NCBI GenBank assembly: GCA_001786575.1
Contig: MFRW01000003.1
Location: forward strand, 8,469 to 72,468
DNA length: 64,000 nt
Reading direction: 5' to 3'
Source of the DNA: Candidatus Moranbacteria bacterium RIFCSPHIGHO2_01_FULL_55_24
GTDB lineage: Bacteria > Patescibacteriota > Minisyncoccia > Moranbacterales > UBA1568
This document shows, one piece after another, positions 1-10,016 of the stretch (positions within the stretch are counted from its first letter, which is position 1; every line of letters starts with the position of its first letter). The position numbers and the translations under genes are program-made. A model generated the notes under the pieces. It saw nothing but the letters and a program-made list of their open reading frames with translations, had not been told where the DNA came from and made no database searches.

Positions 1-830
1 ATGTGGCGCCCCTGGTTGGTATTGTCGAAATAGAGACTGCCATTGGTACCTGCCAAGGCCTGGCTCTTGATGTAGCTCAAATCTCCCAAGATACCGGTAA
101 AATCCGTCGAGGCCACCGGGAACTGGCGACCGCTCTCGAAAACGCTCGGGCGGTCCGGGACGGCGCTCGGCGGCAGAGGATCCGTCGGGCTCACGTGCGT
201 ATGCACGGCGAATTCGTTCCCGCCGGTATGGTCCGGGTCGTTATAATCGGAAATAGCGCTGGTGACGATGTTGTGTGCCACGCCGTCGAAACGGATGCCC
301 TGGTTCGAATGGATCTTCCCGAACACTTCCGTGCCGCTCCCGAAGCGCAAGTTGTCGTTCGCCAGAACGATGTACTCGCTCCACGCCGGCTTCCGGAAGC
401 GCACTTCGATGACGCGGGTCACATCCGGGTAACGATAGGTCCAGCCGGTCGCCCGGACGATGACGACCGTCGAACCGTCTGCCGGAGGCGTCACCTCTAA
501 GCGGTATTTCCCGATTGCGTCGCCATTCGGATCCTTATATTCGGCTTCATACGGCGTGCCCACTCCGTACGCACCACCGGTCGCCCAAAAATCCGCGATC
601 TGCTGGGCGGTCCGTCCCTCCGCCTGGTGGGCCAGATACCAGCGGTAGAACTGGATGCCGGATTCCGCGATCTGGAAAGCTTGCTCGCGTGCGTGTACCT
701 GGAGAGAATACTTCGTCTGGGACGCTACGAAACTGATGATAGACGTCATGATGATCGCTATCATCGACATGATGACGAGGCCATAGGCCAGAATCGAGCC
801 GCGAAGCGTTTTCCTTCGGATCCTATTCAT
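1..830 (-). CDS. PilX-like pilus assembly / minor pilin protein. Start codon at 830; the C-terminus runs off the window.
   Basis: Hand translation from the ATG at 830 stays open to position 1; it is absent from the ORF track because there is no in-window stop. N-terminus is MNRIRRKTLRGS followed by a hydrophobic helix and QAFQIAES, like PilX N-domains. Overlaps the upstream pilin gene by 8 nt. The stretch 601-660 reads as low-complexity in this frame, while the +1 frame gives GIQFYRWYLAHQAEG. Confidence 0.4.
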   Translation of the reverse strand, partial: MNRIRRKTLRGSILAYGLVIMSMIAIIMTSIISFVASQTKYSLQVHAREQAFQIAESGIQFYRWYLAHQAEGRTAQQIADFWATGGAYGVGTPYEAEYKDPNGDAIGKYRLEVTPPADGSTVVIVRATGWTYRYPDVTRVIEVRFRKPAWSEYIVLANDNLRFGSGTEVFGKIHSNQGIRFDGVAHNIVTSAISDYNDPDHTGGNEFAVHTHVSPTDPLPPSAVPDRPSVFESGRQFPVASTDFTGILGDLSYIKSQALAGTNGSLYFDNTNQGRH

Positions 831-1464
831 AGTTGTGCAGGTTACGCAGATCGACGAAGGATTCGATATTGACGTTATCAGGAGCATGCACCGGATTGAT
901 GTTCACATACAGATGGATGCGGATGAGCCGCACGCTCCCGACCGCCACCGGCGTGGAGAGCGGATTGTTCGCCGTGTCTCCCGGATAGTTGTCGTTGTAA
1001 TAATAGAACACCGGATCATCGGCCTCATTCACCACATAGTTCGTCATGACGGTCGTCGTCTCATCGCCTGCCGGATACGTCACCGGGGTACCGGCGCTCG
1101 GATTGGTCACTCCGACCTTGAGCTGGTCATTCACCTGGTCCAGATAGTAGTGGGCCCGCTCGATTACGCCGTCGTCATCGACATCGGCATAGGCCGTCAG
1201 CTCGAAATCATCGCCGCTCTCCAGAGGATAGTCGCCGTTGTCGGCCTGCTGGATGCCGCGCAGCTGGATCACGATCTGATTCGTAGCGCGGGATGCTGCG
1301 GCAGAAGCGATCCCCTCTTCGAGGATGAACTTGTTGGTATCCCAAGTGCGGACGAAGAGAAACGTGAAACCCTCCATCGCGATGAGCATCACCGCGATCG
1401 CGACAAGCATCTCGATGAGCGTCATCCCCTTCAATTGTTTCGGTATCTTCAGCATAGGGATCAA
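823..1464 (-). CDS. Type IV pilin-like protein with a prepilin-type N-terminus
   Basis: N-terminus KQLKG|MTLIEMLVAIAV, giving G-1 and E+5 of the prepilin cleavage/methylation motif. Overlaps its neighbours by 4 and 8 nt, consistent with an operon. Confidence 0.7.
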   Translation of the reverse strand: MIPMLKIPKQLKGMTLIEMLVAIAVMLIAMEGFTFLFVRTWDTNKFILEEGIASAAASRATNQIVIQLRGIQQADNGDYPLESGDDFELTAYADVDDDGVIERAHYYLDQVNDQLKVGVTNPSAGTPVTYPAGDETTTVMTNYVVNEADDPVFYYYNDNYPGDTANNPLSTPVAVGSVRLIRIHLYVNINPVHAPDNVNIESFVDLRNLHNYE

Positions 1465-2840
1465 TTAGCAGTCATCTGGAAGCTCTTTATCTCCAAGGCG
1501 CCGTTCACCGTTGCCGTGTCATTCTTATCGCCGAACCCGGTCGCCGTAACCTGAATATCGTAGGTACCGGCTACAAGCTCCGGCAACGTCTCCGGGAAGT
1601 AGGCTACTCCGAACGTATCGGTGGTGAGCGTTACGTCATAAGCGAGGGTCGCGTTCGAGAGTTTGACGCTCGCTCCGGCGATCGGGCTCCCATCGGCCTG
1701 GTTGGTCACTTCCGCTTTTACCGATCCGATCCCCTTGTCCAGGAGCACTGCCGTTATCGCCCCCGGCCCGCCGGGAGGAGCATCGAAGATGGTAGCGGTT
1801 ATCCCTTCCGGTGAAATCTTCCAGAATTCATACCCGGCATCGGAAACCGCTACGGTATATTGGCCGTAGCTTTCGTTGGAGTAGCTCGCTTCTCCCGTGC
1901 TATTCGTCGAGCCGCTCGCCGAAAAAGCAGAGACGTTTTCTCCGGTGCCGGGATCCGTCCCCAAGACGCGCCCGCCGGAAAGCGAATACGCGACGCTCGG
2001 GATAGCCGTCCCGAAGGGATCCTTGGTAGAGAGGACGATATCCACTTCCTGGTCCATAACGAGCGTCTTCTGGTTCAGCGCGCCAGCGACCACCGAGGCA
2101 TGCACATCTACCGGGTTATAGGCGGAAGCCGGGTAGGAGGGATACGTCTGTGCGCCGTAGTAGCCGTTCTTGGAAACCGTGAGTACATAGTTCTCCGTCC
2201 CTGCCGGCGACCCCGGCAAGGTGATGTTTCCGGTAGAGTCCGTCGTGGTGGTCACGTTTACGCCTGCGGCGCTATTCACGATATGCACGGTCGCGCCGGC
2301 GACCCCGCTCCCCGTCGCATCCAGGATATTGATCGACAGGACGCCTCCGCCGCCGGATGTCTCGACGCCGTTCGGAGAGAAGTTCCCGAAAATCGCTACC
2401 TGCTGATCCGTCCCGCCTGCGCCCCACGAGACCGTGATCCGCACGCGCTTGTAGTCGGTCGGGATCGTATCGTTCGGCGAGCCGCCCGACTGCCCATCGA
2501 AGGCATCATCGGCATACTGGACGAAGGTATGCACCTGGTACTTTATAGTGTTCACGCTCACCGTCTCGTCTTCCAAGATATCGCCGGCCGGGATACCGTA
2601 TACCCAGGCACTGCCATTCCAATGCTTGGTGCCGATATCGGCGTAGTCGATGCTCCGGACGACTTCCATCTTCTGGTTCGCGAGCGCCGTCGCGCCCAGA
2701 CGGTTCTTGGATTCGATGATCATGCGCGTCCCTGTCGCATACGTCTCGAGAAAGATGACGGAAATGAGCGAGAAGATGAGCAGAAACACCATCGATTCGA
2801 TCAAGGTGAAGCCCTTCAGATTTTTTCCTCCTGATGCCAT
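1461..2840 (-). CDS. Large type IV pilin-like protein, 459 aa
   Basis: N-terminus KNLKG|FTLIESMVFLLIF is a canonical prepilin motif. It is followed by a long Gly/Thr/Ser-rich beta-rich C-terminal domain. Confidence 0.7.
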   Translation of the reverse strand: MASGGKNLKGFTLIESMVFLLIFSLISVIFLETYATGTRMIIESKNRLGATALANQKMEVVRSIDYADIGTKHWNGSAWVYGIPAGDILEDETVSVNTIKYQVHTFVQYADDAFDGQSGGSPNDTIPTDYKRVRITVSWGAGGTDQQVAIFGNFSPNGVETSGGGGVLSINILDATGSGVAGATVHIVNSAAGVNVTTTTDSTGNITLPGSPAGTENYVLTVSKNGYYGAQTYPSYPASAYNPVDVHASVVAGALNQKTLVMDQEVDIVLSTKDPFGTAIPSVAYSLSGGRVLGTDPGTGENVSAFSASGSTNSTGEASYSNESYGQYTVAVSDAGYEFWKISPEGITATIFDAPPGGPGAITAVLLDKGIGSVKAEVTNQADGSPIAGASVKLSNATLAYDVTLTTDTFGVAYFPETLPELVAGTYDIQVTATGFGDKNDTATVNGALEIKSFQMTAN

Positions 2841-2877
2841 TCGGATATATTTATTTTCCTCCGGAAGCGCTGCCGCT

Positions 2878-4098
2878 TTATTTGATGTTTTCGAGGACCG
2901 AATACATCGGCTGGAGCATCGCGATCGCGAAAAATCCCACCGATCCGCCGATCAGAAGCATGAGGATCGGCTCGATGATCGAGGACATGTTCTTGGTAAT
3001 CTGGGAGACTTCTTCCTCATAGAACTCGGCCAGGCGCCGGAGCACCATTTCCGTCTTGCCGGTCTCCTCGCCCACTTCGATGATCTGCGGCACGAGAATC
3101 GGGAAGAGCTTGGGATACTGGGAGATGACTTTCGAGAGTTCCACGCCTTTCTGGATCTCGCCGATGGCATGGTCGAGCGCTTCCTTGTAGTGCACGTTCC
3201 CGAGCGTCTTCGACACGATCGTAAGCGAATTCACCACCGAGACACCGCTCTTCAGAAGCGAACTGTAGATGCGTGCGAAACGCGCGCAGTTCACTTTGAT
3301 TACGATGTTCCCGATGATCGGCAAGCGGACGTAGAGCCAGCCGAAGAAACGCTTCCCGATCGCCGTCCCGGCGAATGCCCGGATACCGAACACCGTTCCC
3401 AGAGCGAGCGCCGTGCTCAAGATAGAGTGTCCCCGGATGAAGTCGCTTAGAGCGATAATCGCCTGCGTCGTCGCAGGCAGCTCCACATCCATGTCCTGGA
3501 AGACTCCGGTGATCTTCGGGAGGATGTAGACGAGCATGAGGATCGCGATGCCGATCATAGCGACCACGATCACCGCCGGGTAGATGAGCGCACCCTTGAC
3601 CTTCGAGAGGAGGTCGTGTTCCTTTTCGAGCTGGAGCGCGAGGATATCCAGCACCTCTTCCAAGTTGCCCGACACCTCCCCCACCGCGATCATGTTCGTG
3701 AAGAGTTCGTTGAAGACTTTCGGATACTTCGAGAGGCTCTCCGAGAGCGTTTTGCCGCTCTGGAGCTCATCGAACACTTCGTTCAGGATCTTCCGGAAGG
3801 TGCTGTTCCGCGTCTGGAGCGCGAGGTTGTGGAGCGCGCGCGAGACCGTCAGGCCCGAAGAGATCATCACCGCCAAGTTGCGGGTGAAAACCATCTTTTC
3901 CTTCAGCGGGACCGAACGGAAGCGGTCCAGGAATTCGATAGAGATCTTCGTCTTTTCTGCGACCGGGCGATGGGACGTCAGAAGCAGCCCTTGGGAACGG
4001 AGATCCTGGGCAAGCATCTGCTCATCTTTCGCTTCCATCTCGCCGGCAGATGTCTCGCCAGTCGCCGCGTTTTTTGCCGTGTAAAGAAATTTTGGCAT
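2878..4098 (-). CDS. pilC: Type IV pilus assembly platform protein PilC, GspF family
   Basis: Two GspF-like repeats with polytopic membrane segments; PilC/GspF-like throughout. The ORF track starts it at 4104 (TTG); the ATG at 4098 is more likely. A GGTATACT -10-like motif lies at 4128-4135 on the minus strand. Confidence 0.85.
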   Translation of the reverse strand: MPKFLYTAKNAATGETSAGEMEAKDEQMLAQDLRSQGLLLTSHRPVAEKTKISIEFLDRFRSVPLKEKMVFTRNLAVMISSGLTVSRALHNLALQTRNSTFRKILNEVFDELQSGKTLSESLSKYPKVFNELFTNMIAVGEVSGNLEEVLDILALQLEKEHDLLSKVKGALIYPAVIVVAMIGIAILMLVYILPKITGVFQDMDVELPATTQAIIALSDFIRGHSILSTALALGTVFGIRAFAGTAIGKRFFGWLYVRLPIIGNIVIKVNCARFARIYSSLLKSGVSVVNSLTIVSKTLGNVHYKEALDHAIGEIQKGVELSKVISQYPKLFPILVPQIIEVGEETGKTEMVLRRLAEFYEEEVSQITKNMSSIIEPILMLLIGGSVGFFAIAMLQPMYSVLENIK

Positions 4099-4158
4099 AG
4101 CCAATTTTTGTTTCGATTTTCATCTTGAGTATACCACATTCCGGAGCGCAAAAGCTCG

Positions 4159-5076
4159 CTAAAAACGCATGCGCTCCTTGAAAAGCGAGAAGACTTTCGG
4201 GCCGCGGGGCCGCGGCAGGAAGATGAGCGCCTGATCGCTCGCCTCGATGAGACTGCCCTCGAGCGCGGTGTTCGGATTCCTTGCGATTTTCGCTTTCTGG
4301 ATCCTGGCCAGCCAGGTCTCCAGAGCGAAAAAATCAGAGATACTCTCGAGCGCGCGTTGAATCTTCATCTGGATGCGGCTTTCAGGGAGAGTCAGGCGAT
4401 GAGAGAGGATTGTCGGCGCGAACTCCGGCTTCCACTTGCGTATCCAGGCATTCGAGAGCTCGAAACGGCGGAACGTCGGGATGCCGAAAAGCGGCACCAG
4501 AAAACGGTACTCATGCGCCGAGTAGAGATCCTTGGTCATGATCTCCAGATTGTCTTCGGTAATGAAATAATTGAGACAGGCCCGGTCGGTAATCTTCTTC
4601 CCATGGCGGCGCTTCCCGATAGCATGGAGGAAGAGCGTCACGATGGTGCGTCCGAACCAGATCTTCCCGGCCCGGAAAACGATGAGCATATCCCAATCGC
4701 TCCTCCGGGTGCCATGCTTCATGGCCAGACTCCCTGTCGCCCCGATCATCCGCACATACGGGAGGCAGCTGATGAGCCGCGCCAGGCGCCGCATACGGAC
4801 CAATTTGCGCGCAGAACACTTCTCTCGCTGGATGCGGAGAGAAAGCAGCGCTTCACGTCCGGGCGAGAAGTACAGTCCCGAGCGCATCGCGATCTTCCCC
4901 TGGAGCAATTCTCCCTCCAGGGATTGCACGACTTCTCCGAGCGTCCACGTCGCCTCCTGGCCATCGCCTTCGTGCGCGACCAGATGTTTCCAGATCTCGA
5001 AGCTGGTCAACGGATAGTCCAAGACATCGTAGTATGTCACCGTCGCCAAAATATTTTTCGCCAACTGATGACCCAT
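4159..5076 (-). CDS. Nucleotidyltransferase-domain protein, Pol-beta-like minimal NTase fold
   Basis: Motif GATGSLAMKHGTRRSDWDMLIV matches the hG[GS]...[DE]h[DE]h pattern. Otherwise uncharacterised. Confidence 0.5.
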   Translation of the reverse strand: MGHQLAKNILATVTYYDVLDYPLTSFEIWKHLVAHEGDGQEATWTLGEVVQSLEGELLQGKIAMRSGLYFSPGREALLSLRIQREKCSARKLVRMRRLARLISCLPYVRMIGATGSLAMKHGTRRSDWDMLIVFRAGKIWFGRTIVTLFLHAIGKRRHGKKITDRACLNYFITEDNLEIMTKDLYSAHEYRFLVPLFGIPTFRRFELSNAWIRKWKPEFAPTILSHRLTLPESRIQMKIQRALESISDFFALETWLARIQKAKIARNPNTALEGSLIEASDQALIFLPRPRGPKVFSLFKERMRF

Positions 5077-5094
5077 ACGTTTCTTGTCTTCCGG

Positions 5095-7887
5095 TTACAG
5101 ATACTTGGCGGTAAAGCTCCTCTTTGCGGTTTTGAGTTTCACGGGTGTGCCGGAAAATACCAGTTCGCCGCCCTTGGCTCCGCCGTCAGGGCCGAGTTCG
5201 ATCACCCAGTCGGAAGCCTTGATGACATCGGTATTGTGTTCTACGACGAGCACGGTATTCCCCTTGTCTACGAGCGCGTCGAGGACTTCCAAGAGCCTGC
5301 GCACGTCTTCGAAGTGGAGGCCGATCGTCGGCTCGTCCAATATATAGAGCGTTTTTCCGGTGGATTTGCGTGCGAGCTCGGTCGCGAGCTTGATGCGCTG
5401 GGCTTCGCCGCCCGAAAGATTGGTCGCGCTCTGGCCCAAGACCAGGTAGCCCAAGCCCACTTCTTCCAAGACGCGGAGCTTCTCCTCTATGAGCGGCTGG
5501 TCCAGGAAGAAGCGGCGCGCTTCGGTCACCGTCATCTGGAGCACCTTCGCGATATTGATGCCGCGGTATTCGATAGAGAGCGTTTTCTGATTATAGCGGG
5601 TCCCCTGGCAGATCTCGCAGGGCACATAGACGTCCGGCAGGAGGTACATCTCGATCTTCTTGAGCCCCCCGCCCTGGCAGGCCTCGCACCGTCCTCCGCG
5701 CATGTTGAAGCTGAAGTGGCTGGCGCCGAATTTCTCGCGCTCGGCTTCCGGTGTCTCTGCGAAGAGGTCGCGGATTAGGCTGAACACGCCGGTATAGGTC
5801 GCGGCATTGGAACGCGGCGTGCGGCCGATCGGATCCTGGGTGACTGTGATCACTTTGTCGACATCGGAAAGCCCGGTGATCTTCTTGTGCGCTCCCGGCT
5901 CCTTCTTGGCGCGGAAGAAATGCTTCGCAAGCGCCCGTGAAAGGATGTCGTGGACCAGGGAGGATTTTCCGGATCCGGAAACTCCCGCCACCGATACCAG
6001 CATCCCGAGCGGGATCTCGACGTCGATGTTCTTCAGGTTGTGCTCCTTGGCGCCATGGATCGTCAGATGCTTGCCGCTTCCCTTGCGACCCTTCTTCTTC
6101 TCCGACACCTGGCGCTTGCCGGAGAGGTATTGACCGGTCAGAAGCTTGGAGCGCATCAGTTCCTGCGGAGTCCCTTCGAAGATCACCTCACCGCCCTCCT
6201 GGCCAGCGCCCGGTCCCATATCGATCACGTAATCAGCGCGCTTCATGATAGCGACGTCATGCTCCACCACGACGAGCGAGTTGTTCGCGGCGCGCAGATC
6301 CTCGAGCGCATGGATGAGCTTCTCGGTGTCGCGGCTGTGGAGACCTACCGACGGCTCGTCAAGGACGTAGATGATTCCCGAAAGGCCCGACTTCATCTGG
6401 ACCGACAGGCGGATGCGCTGGGCTTCGCCGCCGGAGAGCGTGTCCGCCCCGCGGCAGATCTCGAGATAGCCGAGACCCACTTTCTCCACTGCCTCGAGCC
6501 GCATGCGCATCTCGCGGAAGATCGGCTCGATGAGTGTTTTCTCCCCTGTCTTCAACAGCTTCTTTTCGAGGATCGGCAGGCTCGTCAAGAGCGCCTCTAC
6601 GCTCTGGCGCGCGATGTCATCGATAGAAAGATTCTCCACGCGGACCGCAAGCGTCTCCGGCTTCAGCCGCTTGCCCTGGCAGGCCGGACAGACGCGCGAA
6701 AGCATATATGCCTCGATATCGGCACGCAGGTGGTCAGACTTGGTCTCGTGGTACTTGCGCTCCAAGAGCGGAATGACTCCCGGAAAGCCGTCCTCTTCGG
6801 CTTCTCCGTAAAGGATGATATCCAGATGCTTGGCTGAAAGCTTGTTGAGCGGCTTTTCGAGCGAGAAGCGCAGCCTCTTGGAAACTTCGCGGAGCATCTG
6901 CATCGGCCCATGGCCGCTCTGGCGGTCGCCGTTCATCTTGCTCCAAGGACGGATCGCTCCTTCTGCCAAAGAAAGACTCTTGTTCGGGATGACGAGTTCC
7001 GGATCGAATTCGAGCGTGATGCCGAGACCCGAGCATTTCTTGCAGGCGCCTTCGGGACTATTGAATGAAAAATGGCTCGGCGTGAATTCCGGCAGATGGA
7101 TGCCGCAATCCTCGCAGCGGTACTCCTCGTTGTAGGTCCACTCTTCCCCGCTCCCATTGATGCGGAGCGTGAGCGTCCCTTGCCCCGCATGGAATGCCGT
7201 CTGGAGCGAATCCAGGATGCGTTCCTTGTCCGGGCGCACGGTATCCAGCACGATGCGGTCGATCACGAGGCCGACATGGGAAACCTCGTTTTCGGAAGCC
7301 TCTTGGAGCGCTTCCGCGATCGAGACGACCTCGCCTTTCCAGATGACGCGCGCATAGCCCCAGGCGCTCACCATCTCGAGCGCCGTCTTCTCGGTCTTGT
7401 CTTGCAATAGCTTGCTTTCCGCTACGAACACGAGCGGCGTCTGGTTCGGCAGCGCCAGGATCTCATCAAGAATCTCGCGCACGTTCTTCCTGGTCAGCTC
7501 ATGGCCGCAGTCGGGGCAATGCGGGATGCCGAGCTTTGCGAAGAGCACGCGCAGGTAATCGTACACTTCCGTCATGGTGCCCACGGTCGAGCGCGGGCTT
7601 CGCGACACGCTCTTCTGGTCTATGGAAATCGCCGGCGAGAGATTATGGATCGCATCGACGTCCGGCTTCTCGAAGCCGTCCATGAAATTGCGCGCATACG
7701 AAGAAAGCGACTCGACATAGCGCCGATTCGCTTCCGCAAAAAGAGTATCGAAGGCAAGAGAAGATTTTCCAGAACCTGACAAGCCGGTTATGACCACAAG
7801 AGAATCCCGCGGAATATCGACGTTGATATCCTTCAGATTGTTCACCCGCGCGCCGCGCACCTCGATCACCGATTTCTTGCCTGCCAT
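5095..7887 (-). CDS. uvrA: Excinuclease ABC subunit A, UvrA, 930 aa
   Basis: Tandem ABC ATPase modules ([23 protein letters not shown] twice), Zn-finger Cys pairs, and a complete UvrB-binding insert. Confidence 0.95.
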   Translation of the reverse strand: MAGKKSVIEVRGARVNNLKDINVDIPRDSLVVITGLSGSGKSSLAFDTLFAEANRRYVESLSSYARNFMDGFEKPDVDAIHNLSPAISIDQKSVSRSPRSTVGTMTEVYDYLRVLFAKLGIPHCPDCGHELTRKNVREILDEILALPNQTPLVFVAESKLLQDKTEKTALEMVSAWGYARVIWKGEVVSIAEALQEASENEVSHVGLVIDRIVLDTVRPDKERILDSLQTAFHAGQGTLTLRINGSGEEWTYNEEYRCEDCGIHLPEFTPSHFSFNSPEGACKKCSGLGITLEFDPELVIPNKSLSLAEGAIRPWSKMNGDRQSGHGPMQMLREVSKRLRFSLEKPLNKLSAKHLDIILYGEAEEDGFPGVIPLLERKYHETKSDHLRADIEAYMLSRVCPACQGKRLKPETLAVRVENLSIDDIARQSVEALLTSLPILEKKLLKTGEKTLIEPIFREMRMRLEAVEKVGLGYLEICRGADTLSGGEAQRIRLSVQMKSGLSGIIYVLDEPSVGLHSRDTEKLIHALEDLRAANNSLVVVEHDVAIMKRADYVIDMGPGAGQEGGEVIFEGTPQELMRSKLLTGQYLSGKRQVSEKKKGRKGSGKHLTIHGAKEHNLKNIDVEIPLGMLVSVAGVSGSGKSSLVHDILSRALAKHFFRAKKEPGAHKKITGLSDVDKVITVTQDPIGRTPRSNAATYTGVFSLIRDLFAETPEAEREKFGASHFSFNMRGGRCEACQGGGLKKIEMYLLPDVYVPCEICQGTRYNQKTLSIEYRGINIAKVLQMTVTEARRFFLDQPLIEEKLRVLEEVGLGYLVLGQSATNLSGGEAQRIKLATELARKSTGKTLYILDEPTIGLHFEDVRRLLEVLDALVDKGNTVLVVEHNTDVIKASDWVIELGPDGGAKGGELVFSGTPVKLKTAKRSFTAKYL

Positions 7888-8010
7888 AATTCTTCGTGTC
7901 TTGTCAGAAAAAAGAAACAGTTGTCTCCCAGCATACTCCCTTTTCTCCGAAGTGTAAACCCCTATAAGGAAAAGCCCGCCTCGGCAATATTGTCATGGAC
8001 AGAAGCTCCG

Positions 8011-9285
8011 TCAACGCAGGAAGGCTCCTCTCCGGCGCTTGCGGTGGAAGGTGATAGCGAAGCGATGAGCCTCGGCATTCGCGAGGAGCGCCTCTTTCTT
8101 GAAGCGTTCCGCGAGCGCCTCGGGGCCGATCAGGCGCTCCGGCCGGTGGCGCTCGTTCTTCACCACGCCTAAGACCGGGATGCTTATCCCTAATTCCTCC
8201 AAGACCCGTTCGGCCACGTGAAGCTGCGCCTTGCCGCCATCCACCACGACGATTTCCGGGAACGGCCATTCGGGATGCGCGAAGCGCCGCCGAAGGATCT
8301 CTTCCAGGGCGGTCAGGTCATTCCCGCCATGCTTTCCCCGCAGTTTGAACTGCCGATAGTTCTCGTTCCTCGAGTGACTGTTCTGGACCACCGTCATGAC
8401 GCCGACGCTCTGGTCGCCCTGGAGGTGCGCCACGTCGAACGCCTCGATGCGGTGCCGCTCCTCTTCTTCCATGTCGTTCTTCACCAAGACCATGTCCTGG
8501 ATATGCTGCAGGCCGAAAAGCGTCCGCTTGATCTCGTTCGCCTCTTCGAAGCGCAGTTCCTTGGCGGCTTTGGCCATATCGCGCGTCAGCTCCCGCACGA
8601 TCATATTCTTCTTGCCCTGGAAGAACAGGCGGATGTGGTTGATATTCCTGGCATAGGCGGAAGCGGTCAGGGCGCCGCTACAGACACCCGGACACAGGCC
8701 GATCTGCGCGGAAAAGCAGGGCCGTGCTTTGGTTTTCTGCTTCTCGGTCAGCTCCGCATACGGCACGCACTTGTCGCGGAACGGGAAGAGTTTGCGTATG
8801 ATCTTGAGCGCATCGCGCAGGCTGCCCCCGTTCGGGAACGGCCCGAAGGCGTACTTCACCGGGAGCATGAATTTCCCCTGGTCGAGATCGCGTTCGCGCA
8901 CCATAAGCACCCGCGGGAACTTCTCTTTCGTGATGATTACCCGATAGTAGCTCTTGTCGTCCTTGGCATCGGTATTGTACGGCGGCTGGTGGTCCTTGAT
9001 GAGCTCGGACTCCAGGAGGAGCGCTTCCAGGACGGAGTCCGTATGCCGGTAGGCGACCTGCACCACACGCTCCAGCATGAGCGAGATCTTCGGCCCCCGG
9101 GTGGCGAGGATGTCCTGCATGAAGTAGCTCTTCACCCGGTCGCGGAGCGAGGTCGCTTTGCCGATGTAGAGGACCTCATCGGAGGCGCCCAGGAAGAAAT
9201 ACACTCCCGGGTGCTCCGGCAATGAGTTCTTCTTCTGGAAAGCCTTAAGACTTACCTTTTTCTCCCAAGGGCGTTTCATAGGCAT
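8011..9285 (-). CDS. uvrC: Excinuclease ABC subunit C, UvrC, lacking the C-terminal (HhH)2 domain
   Basis: N-terminal GIY-YIG (GVYFFLGASDEVLYIGKA), a UvrBC-interaction region, and an RNase H-like domain ending at EAHRFAITFHRKRRR. Only 424 aa. Just 120 bp separate it from uvrA, which leaves no room for an HhH domain. Confidence 0.85.
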   Translation of the reverse strand: MPMKRPWEKKVSLKAFQKKNSLPEHPGVYFFLGASDEVLYIGKATSLRDRVKSYFMQDILATRGPKISLMLERVVQVAYRHTDSVLEALLLESELIKDHQPPYNTDAKDDKSYYRVIITKEKFPRVLMVRERDLDQGKFMLPVKYAFGPFPNGGSLRDALKIIRKLFPFRDKCVPYAELTEKQKTKARPCFSAQIGLCPGVCSGALTASAYARNINHIRLFFQGKKNMIVRELTRDMAKAAKELRFEEANEIKRTLFGLQHIQDMVLVKNDMEEEERHRIEAFDVAHLQGDQSVGVMTVVQNSHSRNENYRQFKLRGKHGGNDLTALEEILRRRFAHPEWPFPEIVVVDGGKAQLHVAERVLEELGISIPVLGVVKNERHRPERLIGPEALAERFKKEALLANAEAHRFAITFHRKRRRGAFLR

Positions 9286-9408
9286 TTTTGGTCCTTCTAT
9301 TCAAGCATTCCGGCACCAGCCTGGCAACCCGCTTTACAAGGAACCGGGAATGTTGTATTACAAACATAATGTTCTTTTTTACGTATGGAGAGGAAAGGGA
9401 GGATACCT

Positions 9409-9906
9409 ATGGAAAAAACACTGCCCCTTCTGGGAAGGGGTCGCGAGGCTATCATCCGCCAGGTGGCCGGAAGCACTCTTCTCAACATGACGAAGAGGCA
9501 CATGAAATTCCAGCCTGCCATCCGGCTGGCTATGGCGGAACTCAAAGCTCCGCTCGACCCCAATGAGCAATACTACGTGCTGTACTATTTCATCCCGGAA
9601 TTCCTGGATGACATGGCGCTCGATATCGTAGATTCCATTTCACCCAAGCTCTCCGGCCGCTGGGAAGAAGGCTGCTATTTCGCTGCCGCCTTCCGCCGTG
9701 CTGCCAAGCAGTTCCGCGTCTATGAGAACAAGAACAAGCGTCTCTACTGCTGTCTCTTCCTGAAGACCCTGGAATTCGCCCGGCAGAGGATTCCCCAGAA
9801 AACGGTCGTCCTCGTCGATAAAGGGCCTCGCTATTACCTGCGCAAACTGCGCCGCGATCCGATCGCCCCCATCTTCGTGCCTGCCCTCGAACGGCTGGCT
9901 GCCTGA
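9409..9906 (+). CDS. Hypothetical protein
   Basis: ORF with a GGAGG RBS 8 nt upstream of the ATG at 9409. A terminator follows at 9911-9947. No recognisable motif. Confidence 0.5.
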   Translation: MEKTLPLLGRGREAIIRQVAGSTLLNMTKRHMKFQPAIRLAMAELKAPLDPNEQYYVLYYFIPEFLDDMALDIVDSISPKLSGRWEEGCYFAAAFRRAAKQFRVYENKNKRLYCCLFLKTLEFARQRIPQKTVVLVDKGPRYYLRKLRRDPIAPIFVPALERLAA

Positions 9907-9910
9907 CTCA

Positions 9911-9947
9911 AAAAGCGTCCCGATCACTGATCGCGGCGCTTTTTTCT
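9911..9947 (+). terminator. Rho-independent terminator
   Basis: aaaaagcg...cgatcactgatcg...cgctttttt hairpin plus T-tract, directly after the 9409-9906 gene. Confidence 0.55.
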
Positions 9948-9953
9948 TACCTC

Positions 9954-9982
9954 TTGACTTTTTTACGTATTAGATGTATAAT
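9954..9982 (+). promoter_or_regulatory. Consensus sigma70-type promoter
   Basis: TTGACT, 17 nt spacer, TGnTATAAT. Followed by AAGGAG 9 nt before the TTG start at 10017. Confidence 0.6.
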
Positions 9983-10016
9983 ATAAGAACAGTACCTTCA
10001 GAAAAGGAGTCGGAAA

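Noticed and set aside
3-872. Plus-strand ORFs at the window start (3-500, 460-648, 515-736, 627-872)
   Set aside because: They overlap the minus-strand PilX-like gene, which has a coherent TM helix and PilX-like motifs. Their composition is Arg/Gly/Pro-rich, typical of shadow frames in GC-rich DNA.
835-7779. Long plus-strand ORFs opposite the pilin, pilC, NTase and uvrA genes (835-1554, 1860-2834, 2650-3450, 3616-4128, 4357-5778, 5950-6837, 7072-7410 and others)
   Set aside because: They are antisense to genes with unambiguous conserved motifs (prepilin, GspF, UvrA). They are shadow ORFs.
8218-9225. 335-aa plus-strand ORF opposite uvrC
   Set aside because: UvrC motifs (GIY-YIG and the RNase H-like domain) are unambiguous on the minus strand.
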